64,000 nt of DNA from positions 24,802,001 through 24,866,000 of the forward strand of contig OZ076409.1 of assembly GCA_964187785.1 (NCBI GenBank), given 5' to 3'. The stretch is from Amphiscolops sp. MND2022. Taxonomy: Eukaryota. The notes below the pieces were generated by a model. It saw only the letters and a program-made list of their open reading frames with translations. It was not told the DNA's origin and ran no database searches. The translations under genes and the position numbers were made by a program. Below are positions 24,442-36,400 of the stretch, piece by piece; within the stretch, counting starts at the first letter, position 1, and every line of letters starts with the position of its first letter.

Positions 24442-27400
24442 TCACAATCCCATTTTCATCCCAGTTTTGTTGAGAACACTAGTCTTGGAGTTATTCTGGA
24501 ACATTCTCTTGATCAAATGCACTTCGATCAAGTAGACGATGACTAACGATCCGCAAACCATTCCAGACCAAATGTTGACCCATTGAAGTTGATCCTGTTT
24601 GTAGTAGGCGTCCTTCATCATCTGACCTTTGAACTTCATGAAGGCAAATCGACCTCGACCAACATTCGTCTGGATCCATTTCACTATATGCTATAACGAA
24701 AGAAAATTATGTTGAACTTCCTATTTGATGCAGACTTCGTGTTTTGCCATACTATTCTCGAAACCACCTTTTAAACGTGCAGCTAGATGTTGTCTAAATA
24801 TGTTTTTAATAGAAACTTGTTCTAAAGCGCCAAGTGCATGATGACTTACTTATTTTGCAAAAAGATTCGAGGTGTCAGGTCAAACTACCTCAGTTAAAAT
24901 AGGCGAACATGCTGGCGGATCTGGAGATAAGCGAAATGCTCCGGAAAGAAGGCCGTATCAAACAATACTGTATAGCCTCGTTTATTACATGGGTTGGTTT
25001 TTTGACTAAGAACACTAGTCTGGTATTTTCTCTCGTAACCTTTTCGATGAAATCTGCTCTCTATGCCTAGTATTTTCTGCAACTGCAAAACTTCCAATTC
25101 AAGTAGATTTCTTGGAGAAGTTTCCATTATTGAGTTTTGTAGAACTGCGAACCCAGTAACTTCCACTGGAAGCAATTGAATTTGAACTGTGATCTTTGTT
25201 ACTTGAACAAGGAGGAATAAACAATGATAGTTTAGACCCATTCCTTTGAAGCTAGTGAAAATTCTCTGTGAAAAATATAGCCAATAATTTTCATCTTAAG
25301 CAGATGCTAGCGCTAACTAAATATGTTAGCAGATTGTTATCGACATCCAAAACTTTTCATTTACCAGTTTTTAAAATGATGCATATCACGTAGAAACATT
25401 AAACAAGCAGCTCTGATAAATCAACCATGCTTCAAACCAATTTTAAAAAATATATATATTGGAGGAGAAACGCACCAGCATAGTTTCTACTTTCTTGATA
25501 GTGTCAAACTCATCTTGGTCCGACTTCTGGAATGGGTCGTCTCCTTCGGTCTGTTCACTGGGGCTGGGTGCAGGAGGCTCACCCCCCTCTTCGTCATCCT
25601 CGTAGTCCTCGTGACTTGTCAGCTCTTTGGAGATGGCCAAATCAATTGAGACCACTTTGGTGTGCGCAAAGTTGAACTTATTGTTCAAACAAACTTCATA
25701 CTGCCCTAAAGTGAAACAAAATACGACTATTGCTAGTTGTTGAGTAGACAAAATTTCGATTTGAAGCTATTGAACAAACGAAACAGGCCTTTTTTGTTTC
25801 TAAAGAAAGGGGGCTTTTTACTAGAAACGTAAGTTTCCAGAAGGCCTCAGCGAAAACTTTTTCCAGACATTAGGCCGAGAATCCTCACTGAAGCAACATT
25901 CTTACAAAAACATGAGACGTTTTCGTATTTTTTAGCCCCTTCTCCAAAAGTTGAAAATTTTGGACTTTGTTAATGCAATTATGGGAAACTTCCGAGTGAG
26001 AAACGGGTCTTAGCCATTTCCTTGGTATAGGATACAAGTACTGTAATGGTGCTGAATTTCAACGTTCTAAAAATTTTGATGCTGACAGTTATTCGCCAAC
26101 CAGTATGATCTAGCCTGATTTTTCAGGACAAATCTGATCATGATTAAAAGAAGCAATAGAGACATTTTGGCAGAACTATTGCAACCAATTTTACTGGCAA
26201 AGACGCTAACCATCCTCTGGAGTCTTGAATGTACGATAGGCGTTTTTGCTGGGAGGTTTTGGATCAATGTGTTTTTTGTCTTGGAAGTTTCGCAGCACTA
26301 GCCATATTTTGTTATCTCCTCCACGCAGCACCTAAAACATCCCATGACCAGTCACATGATCAAATGAAACAAGCCGGGAACGGCCCAAGTCGGCACCATA
26401 TCTAAGGCTCAAAAAATCGAAGGGGGAGCCTTTGGAAACAAAAAAAATCGCTAAAAAGTCGCACAGTGCCGAAAAAACTCGAAAGGGGTGACCCTTTACT
26501 GTCATCCGGTTCTGTAGGCTACGTTAAAAAAGTAAAAAGCCAAAGGGGACCTTTTGGAGACAAAAAAATTTCGAAAAAAGTCGCACAGTGCCGAAAAAAA
26601 TTGGAAGGGGGGACCCTTCAGTCTCGTCCGGTTTTGTATGATACGTTTAAAAAGTAAAAAATGAAAGGGGATCCATTCTGTTGCAAAAAATTGCAAAGTC
26701 TCATAGTGCCGAAAAATTATAAGGGGGACCCTTCTGCATTGGAATTGTTTTTTTATCTCATGTTAGACGCTTTGGATGCGTTGAAAATGAAGTACTAAGT
26801 ACTTATGGTAAAAGCACAAAAATGCACATAATGCACAAAAAGTGGACCGATCGCGTTGAACTGACGAAAAAAAACTAGCCACTGTAAGAGTCGTGCATTT
26901 TTTTTCAAAAACGCCGACTAAAAAACCAAAACACATCTGATTCCCATTCATTATCGTTTCCCTTTCAAGAGTCGAGAGTTTTCTTTCGAATTTGAAATAC
27001 AAAACAGCGGAATGACATTATTTAAGCAACCTTGAAGTGAGCTATATAATTTCTTTCTAGTTCTGGTTTTTACAATTGCACACTTTCAGACTCTCAATCT
27101 CAACTTACAAACTACAGACTTATAATCTCAACAAAATAGTAGCCGCAGTTCCTTGTGAGCTGTCTCAAGGTAATTTTTTCTACTTCCAAAAAAATAGCTT
27201 TTTGTGCTGTCAAAATTTCGCTTGTCTGCTATGAAGGGTATTTTATAAGCAAGGTTTACAAGCTGCAATGATTTTAGCTATTATCTATTATAAATGCGAT
27301 TCAGTTGCTGCCTTTCTTCAACTGCCGTAATCCAGCTTGTATCATTTTATCAGGGTTTCATGAGCAATTACTTTGTCTTCATCCCAGTCATACATGCGGT

Positions 27401-30400
27401 GGTCTTTCAGAAGCAGTGTTTAATAACATGTATTTTTTAACCATGGTTTTCATTTAAACTTGACGAAATCAATATTCCACAGCTTTTCTCAATAAACAAA
27501 CACTTCCCAGGTACTGTAGGGTTCTAGCCTTGGCTTTTTATTGGGCATGAGTCCGAAATAGGTCCAACTTCCGTGGATTATGAGTTGCGGCATATATTCC
27601 TGATAGTTTTTCTGAAAACTCTCACTTGAACGGTGAAAGGGGTGGAGTGATCACAAAATGTGGTTCTTTCCTCTTCCACTTCATTCAAAATGAGAAACTT
27701 TCTCGCTGTAACGCAAAACACTGAACATTTTTTCTTCAAGCTTTGTGTCGTTCCCAACAACAAGGCATGAGCTTGTTCAACTTAAAACGTTCGAAATTGT
27801 TTCACTATTTTTAGTGGACGCTTTATAAACTAAAACAAGACTACTGTAGTTACTTTTGGTAGGTTTTTGTTCAATCCGGTCGACGATTTTCATGACAAAA
27901 GCAAAATTTACAAACTTTGTAGAAATTTGAAATTTCTACAAAGCAGCAAATTGTTCCGAAGGGTCTTCTCTTTCAGATCTTCACATTTTGATAAAGTTAG
28001 TTGAATAAGAAAAAGACTCGGTGGTTATTTTCGGTACTGAGCGACTTTTTGTTTTAAAAATTCAATATTCGAAAATGATTCCCCTTTTTCAAAACATTGG
28101 ATAGGAAGAAGTGTTTTTTCAAGCCCAAAATGTCATGCCTTTGGATTTTTTTGGCACTGTGTCAATTTTTTTTGTGTCGCTTTGGTTTTGCGACATTTCT
28201 GTTGAAACAAGAAGCAGAAGAGTTTTGGTTATTTGATATTCTGATCTGATCAAAACAAAAACAAAAAAGCCCTTTTAGGTCCTAAGTGCCCCCTTGCATT
28301 TTTGGTACAGTGAAATTGGGGATCTATTCATCAGAGAGTCTTTGACGCTTTCAAGTACTTTTGCTATCTTTGAGCTTTAAGGGTGCGCCGACTAATGCCT
28401 TTCCAGACTAAATCTTTTGAAAATAAGTCCCTGAAGTATTCAATGTATTGTTTTTGAAATCTCTTGATGTTCATACTGTCGAAAATTTCGAAAAATTGTA
28501 CCGAAATTGGAAATTGATTGAAGAAACTCACTCGAACCTTGGAAAATGATTTTTCTAGGACGCACTGCATTTTGTGAGCATGATGTATAACTTACAGAGT
28601 TGATGGGGCTCTTTGTGTGTTCCAACTAATAGCTATTATCAACAAAACGGAACGTCTAAAGTCGGCGTTATACCCAAGGCTCAACCTGCGCAAACTTTTA
28701 AAGATATGCTCAGAAAGTTTATTTTTTTAAAAAATGAAAAACTCTCAAAAAGGTGTCCAAACAATCGAAGGGTGCCTTTCGTCCTCGGAAAACGCTTCAA
28801 AAGTTCGGAAACAGTGTGCTGTGCCACATGGGAGAACTTTTTTAACCTCCGCCACCTCCTTAGTAAAATGCAATTTTGTTCGGATATAGCGTCAAAAAAT
28901 CGGATATAGAGCAATATTTTCGAACATCGACCTCCTCTTTAGTAGAACGCAACTTACGTTGGATAAAAAACTCTAAAAATTTCGGATGGTATTGAAAAAA
29001 ATATTGGTGGATATATATTCAGAAAACTTAATTTCAGACGAAAAATGAGAATTTTAAAACAGTCTCAGTACCGGAAAAAAATTGAAAGGGCGACCCTCGT
29101 CCGGACTTGTATGTAAAATGGAATAAATAAAAGGGGGACCCATTGTAATAACTAAGATGCGTTGACTTTGGCCGGTCCAGTAGTTCAGTAGTTTCTGTAA
29201 AAAAGTCCATTACGCAGACGTTCTGTTATGTGACCAAAAAAGTCGCATATTGCCGAAAAACCCAAAAAGAGACCCTTTAGGCTCATAAAACGTTTTTTTT
29301 ACAAACCGAAAGTTTCAAAAAAGGCACCCTTTGATAAAATTCAAAAACGTTCCAAAAAAGTCGCATAGTGCCGAAAAAAACCCTTTGGTCTCCACTCTAC
29401 TTTTGGAAGCATAAGAATATTTTGTAGTTTAGTGCGAGACTCGAACCCACGCTCTCCTGCTTCTGAGACATCAGAAATTTAGTCGGGCAAGAAGTTGAAC
29501 GAATGAACAAAAAAGTGCACCAATCGCGTTGAACTGACGAAAAATAGAACTGTCACTGTAAGAGTCGTGGATTTTCATCGAAAACGCCGACCAAAAACAA
29601 CAGCAACTTCGTCTTGCATGTCAAAAATTTGAAATTTTAGTTTTTCTCGCAGTCAATTCAATTCGCGTTTTCTCTCATAAACACCAGAGTACCTGTCGTA
29701 AAAGCGCACCAGATGGATGTTTGCTCCGTCTCTGATATCTCTGGGTGTTTGACAGTCTCGAAACATTCGAAATTATTGCAGAAACTTCTCAAAGTAGTCA
29801 AAATGTTGATTTTCCAACTATTTTGGGATGTTTTTGTTAAATTTTGTAAATCAATAGACATCCATATGTTTTTCGTAGCAGCGTACGGGATATCTAGCTG
29901 GTTCATCTTTCAACATTCTGACGATCTGAATTTAGAAACGCCTACAAATTTCACAAAAATCTTCAAAAAATCTCAAAAAAGGAGATAAATTAATTTATTC
30001 AGCATTGTTCGGGTCACTTTTTGAACAAAACTCTCGGAATATCTCCTCAAAAAGCATCCCGGATGGCTGTTTTTGCTCAATTGTTGCGCATTTGAGGATA
30101 TTCTTTTCTACGAAACTAGTCGAACATTGTCCAAAACTGCATGACCAGGTTGAAGATTGGAAAGTTTTCGAAATTGTGACTGATTTTATTGTCATTTTGT
30201 GGTCAACCAAAATAGTTTTGAAAAGTCTACAACTCGTTGACACGAAACTATTTTTACCAATTGAAATCCATAGGAAAACATTTAGTTTAGCTATGACATT
30301 GGAATATGATTAACGTTGAAAAAAACTCATGTCGTTTAGTAATGCTTCCATTTCCATATGACTCATGCCAATTCCATATGGAATTATGGGCGGAAGATAA

Positions 30401-33400
30401 AAATCGGACGTTCGGACTGTTATAACCCTGCACTTTCAGACTCAGAACCACTGCAACCACTAGGCTATTTATTCGCCTTGAAAAACAAAAAGTGTAGAGG
30501 GTTGGCGAGGGCCTGGAGTCCATTATCCTGTCTGAAAGTGACCTTAGTATTACTGGTCAATTTTGTAAAAACAATTTTCCACCGTTTCGTCGAACCGAAG
30601 CAAAACTATTCTAGTATTTGGTCAATATTTTATAATGAGTCTTTCATAGAGTTTCAAAGAAAAGATTCGCTGAATTGTTTCCATCACGTTCAAACAATTT
30701 TTCATTGGTTCCAAGGTCAGTGCATGTATTGCGGCAATGCTATTATGCTGGTTGATTCCTAAGGATGGATGAGTGATCTTAATCTGCGTTAAATATTCTC
30801 TTTGAAGAAAAAAACACCGGAGGAAAAGACGATTGAAAAATATGACTGCCTGGGAACGACCCAAATCGCCACCACGCTTCGAGCTCAAATTTCAAAAAGT
30901 TTAAATATTGCCCTGATCCTGTTTGAAAACCTCAAAGTGACGAAAAAGAATTAGGTAAGTGTTGAAGGGAAACTCAATAAACTGACAAGTTTAGAGGATG
31001 AAATAGTGAATTGATGTAGTACGTATAAACCAGGCAATTTTAGCAAATGAATGCTGACAACGGTTTTAACTTTAGACTTTGAGCAGGTATCTAAGTATTC
31101 AAAAGTTAATGTTGTTGTTTACAAATACTTCCTACTCTACAACATCCCCCTTTTTAAATGAGAAAGGGCAATGTCTACTCCAGTTTCATCATAATTTTAC
31201 AGGTTAACATAAAATGACTGCCTTACTGCACCGGTTAAGTTGAGTGTTTTTAGTTGGCGCCTTTTCCTTTAAGGAAAAAATCCCGACCATTACAGTGGCT
31301 AGTTTTTTTTTTCTTTTTTTTCGTCAGACCACAGAGCTCATCGCGTATGTACCACTTTTTACAGAAACTGATAAGACTACTCAGGCCAAGTCAGGCCAAT
31401 GGAAACAGTGCAAAGGGTCCCCCCTTTCATTTTTTTACCTTTTTTACGTAACCTACAAAACCGGAAGAGACCAAAGGGTCCCCCTTTCAATTTTTTTTCG
31501 GCACTGTGCGAAATTTTTTTCGAAATTTTTTTATGGTCTCAAAAGAGTCCCCCCTTCGAGTTTTTTGATATTTTGCAACAGAATGTATGTTAATGAAGCC
31601 CAAAGGGTCCCCCTATTTCATTTTTCGGCACTATGCGACATTTTCGAAGTTTTTTTCAAAAAAAAAATTTTCAAAAAAATTTTCAAATTTTGTTTTGTTC
31701 CCAGGGAAACAGTGATTTTCCAGTCATATCGAGCATGAAAGGCACACTTTGGGTGTCTCGAAAGTGTTTTAAAAGCTTTTCATGAATACGTCCTGAGCAT
31801 ATTTAGAAAACTTTGCGCTTCTTGAGCCTTAGATATAGTGCCGACTTTAGACGTTCCGTCTTGTTATGTTGTGAATGCAGTTATTAATTAGTATTAAAAT
31901 TGAATGGCATCGGTCCTGTTAAAGATAACTAACAACTGTAACCAAATGTAAAAGTAACAAGTTTAGGTACTGTCATTTGTTGAGTTTTTGAAAAGTCTCA
32001 TCGTCATTCTCGGGTTCGCTCTCTACTCGCAATACATCGATTCCATACCGTTTGGTGGGTACGCGATTTCTCTCCAGTACTCGCGTCCTTCTTCATTTCC
32101 TCCTGCCTGCCTCCTCATTCGCTGCATTTTTCGCAATCTCGGGGTTTTGCTTATTCCCTTGGTGTGGCGAATTTTCGGATTTGCCCACATTTTGAATGGT
32201 TGGCTCACAATGGCTTCCGCGCTGCTGGAGGCGCTGTCAATTATTTTCGGGGCTTCATCATCATTTAGATCAATCGCGATCTCGGGGACTGCACTTTCGG
32301 TAATCTTCCTCTTTTTTCCTTTTGCTTCTTTGCCATCTCCGATTAGGAGCTGCTTGTTGTCTCCAATCTCTCTTCTTCTCTCCATGAGCGTTTTTGTTCC
32401 GCCGAGGCCTTCGCGATGTCGTGCTTTGAAACATTCTTTCCTTTGTGGAAATTTCTGGCAGCATTGTGATGGTGCTCTCTTTTACCTTTAGTACTTTGCC
32501 TTTCTACTTCCTGAAAGAAATTATCATTTTCGAGCCTCTCACTCGCTCCCTCACCGACACGGTGGAATCGAGATCGTCCTGAATGTTTGAGGACTGAAAC
32601 ACGAGTAGCAAGTCGCTTCTTGAAATATCCAAAAAATTATTGACTACATTTGAGTTCGCCGTTTTTGGCTCCTTCCCTATCTGCTTCTCAAACGGCGATT
32701 TGCCGTCCTTCTTTTTACGTAATCTTAGCGCATACGAAATTTCTGATAAACACAACTTTTCCTTAGTTAGCACTATCTGCTTGTTTGCGCGAAGTCGCTC
32801 TTTAGTCGTCCGGATTAGTCGCTCAATTTTACCATTTCCCACGTGACCGCGCACTGAGCAGATTACACGATTTATTCCGAACTACTCACAAAATTGCTTG
32901 AACTTTTCGCTCAAATACCGTACCTGGGTCAGTACCTTTTTATCATTTTGGGAACACTGTAATTCTCGACATATTGTTTTAAAAATTCCAACACTTTCCC
33001 CGTCGTTGGTGGGCGTAAAAAGATTTCGTCCGGCCATCCGGAAAAATGATCGATCGACACCAGTAAATATTTCTTTCCTTGTTTTGCAATTTGAAAGCGC
33101 CCCGCAAAATCTAATGCTACTTCTTCGTTTTTTCACGAGTTCCTCTAATTTTTCTCCTTGCATTTGCCTCGGTATACATCTCAAGATTTTACCTGCTCTT
33201 AAGCAGTCGTGTCACAGCCTGGCTTTGTCAATGACTTCTCGATGGATTTTGGGCAACCATATGCTGCTAACTAGGCCGAACATGGCATCCCTGCTCGGGT
33301 GTCCGTAATGGAGCTAGCACATTGGTTGCGGAATAACCATTGCGGTTATCGATATATGAAAACTCACGTTCATCAATTGAAAAGGACTGAAATTTTTCCC

Positions 33401-36400
33401 TCCATGGGGATGGGAGGCAGTTAACAGCGGTACGATTGTAGTTTTTACACAATTGCTATAACATTTTGTATACTTTTAACTACTACATAATTAGCTGGCA
33501 GAAGTTTTTCATTAAGCGCTCAAATAGACGGGCACTGACTTACTCTCGCTTTAAATTTATCAACGTTCTAATTGAGTTTACTTGATTCCCGCGAAATGCG
33601 TGTTTCCCGCGATCTGATTGGCCGCTTCGATTTGACTTCTTTCACATGATTGATGATCGCTTTCTCACTCGCAATTTCTGCCGTCGTGCTTTTGTCTCTT
33701 GGCTGCGCGTTGTCTTCTAAAAAGTCATTCCAGCTATTTACACTATTTTCAGTGAACCACTCATTGGAAAGTTTTTTTGCTTTTTTTTCTAAGCCATCTA
33801 ATTTACTTGGGTGTCTAGATAGATAATCTGCTATGCCCAGAATTCTTCCTGCGGCATGGACAACTTCAAATTCGAATAGTAGCAATCTGTCTACCCATCT
33901 ACTTATTCTGCGTGAAAATGATTTGTTACCCATATTCCGTTTCAATACTGATGCTAACGCTTTGCGATCAGATACCTCTTTAATTGCAACCCCGTATACA
34001 AAAATTTTTAGGTTTTTCTATTGCCCACACTATCGACAAAAAACATAAGTTCATTAAATGAACACTTCATTCCAAAATCCGTTAAAAATCGTGATGCAAA
34101 ACTAATCGGTCTTCAATTTTCATCCCTTTGTAATTGTTGAAGTACTGCTCCGAGGCCTTGCTTACTCGCATCGCATATAATTCGAATATCTTTGTATCTT
34201 TTGAATTGCCAGAGTTCCACAACTTGTTCAAGTTCTTCGGTAATTTTGCAAAATGCCTTTTCATGCTCTTTTTCACATTTCCAGTCCGCATCCTTTTTGA
34301 AAATTGTTCTAAATGGGTAACATCACCCCGAGGTTCGATTAACCTTGTTGAACTGATTGACCGACCCTAGGAACAACCTCAACAGTTTTAAGTTGGATGT
34401 CTCAATCGATCGCTTATTACCTGCACCTTTGTGTTTATTTTGTAAATGCCACTTTCTGTCAGTTTATACCCAACCATTCTATGCTGTCCTGTGCAATGGT
34501 ATATTTTTCTGCTTTCAAATGCAAGTTCGCTTCATCCAAAACATTCATGCTTTCTTTCACTTTATTTAAATGTTCAAGCGTGGTTCCTTTAGTTAAAAAG
34601 CAGTGCATCGTCTATTTACGCAAATATACTATTTATATTGCCAAGTGTGATGTTTATCAACTTCAGGAATTCGGGAGACATCACGGTAAGACCGTAAAAT
34701 TCCCTAGTGAAGCGATATGTTCCCATGGATTTTCCTTCCACGATCTGGAAAGTGCAATGATTCTGGGTTAGTTCGTGCAGCGGTACTTGGCCATTTGCAT
34801 AGGTCAGGTTGATCGACGCATACTAAGCTTGCATTTCTTTTTCGTCTATTTTTTCAGCAATCATATCAATTAGGTTTTCCAAATTTGGCATTTGATATTT
34901 ATCTTTTGCTATTGATTGATTTAGTGCTCGAGCGTCTAGGGCTATTTTGGCCGATTTTTCCTTTTTTAAAGTTATCATGGTCTGCTGAATGAATATGTAT
35001 TGAATTTTCGCTTCTTTTTCAATGTGCCCATCCTTCAACAATTACTGGATTTCCACGTCTACTTGGTTTTACAATTGAATTGGTACTTGTCTACCTTTTT
35101 GTTGCGTAGTTCGTGCATTCTCTTTCATTTTGAGTTTTATTTCGTAATTCTTCGCTCGACATTTCCGGCTGTACAATTTTGGAAATTCTTCACTAAGTTG
35201 TTGAACTTCGCGACTAACTTTTTCTTCGGGGTTTCGCTTTTTCTTCGTTATTTACATTTTTTACTGATTTATCAATTTGCTTGACTTGGTTACTTTTATC
35301 ACATTCAACTCTTTCTATTAACTGCGTTATTTGGTAGCGAAGAGCAATTACGCAATCACTCTCGACTATTGACTTAGCTGTATTCGGTGCTGCTAATAAT
35401 CTTGCCTTAGATACGGTTGCGCCAGCCACTTCAAGTTTCACAAAGTGGTATCCAAATAACTTCAAGGGCCTCTTGTTGTAGTCGACGTAATTTTCGTTCT
35501 CAATCATTCGTCTAATTATCACTTTTTTTTCACCCATAAGGTTCTGCAAGCCTTTTTATGTAAAATTTGAAACAGGAGATCGTGTATCATTATTCACCTT
35601 GAAGTATTTGTCACACATCATTCCTTCCATGTAGAAGGATTTGCTCCCCTTTTCATCAATTCGTTGTACTAATTGCTCTTCGGTATCATCATCGTCATCG
35701 GTAACTCCATCTGTTTCCTCGATATATTTTACTCCTCGCATTTTTCGGCCGTTATCTCTGGTCTTCAATCGGTGGACCATCTCTTCAAGACGTTGTGGGA
35801 ATTTCTTATTGCAACAGCTCTCCAAATGGCCTACGATACTGCAGTGCTTGCATCTGCTGGTGGTTCGACAGTTTTTCATGTGCTCCATTGTAAAGTTTGC
35901 TGCCCCACATCTGAAGCACTCTCCGGGGTTAGCCTTTTCTACTGCATAGACCGGTTCGCTCTTAATGTTAGGCTTTGACGATTCTGGCTTTTGTGAACCT
36001 TACGCCTTTTTGGCTCTTTACTCCCCATTTCCAATGCTATTGCAATCTCGAGGGCTTGTTCGGGTTCTTTCAGTTCTGTACATAGCTTCTCTTGCACTTT
36101 TGTAATATTCATGTGTAAGATAAACATGTCTAACACTAATGTCGTTGTAATATCACCAAAGTCGCAAAGAGCTGCCAATCCGTTAAGAGCATGCCAAAAC
36201 TAGTGGAGACCCAGGTTGTTGCATACTGGCGAAGTATCGGTGTCGGTGTCCAGTGCTCTGTTTCTTTTCAGGAAACACTCATTACACAGATTCAATATTT
36301 CTTCAGCTTTCAATTTCTACAGTCGAGTGTGCGGGTATTTATCTTTATATTGTTTCCTGGCTGCTTTGCCCAAGGATAGATACATTGAGCTCACCACTTT

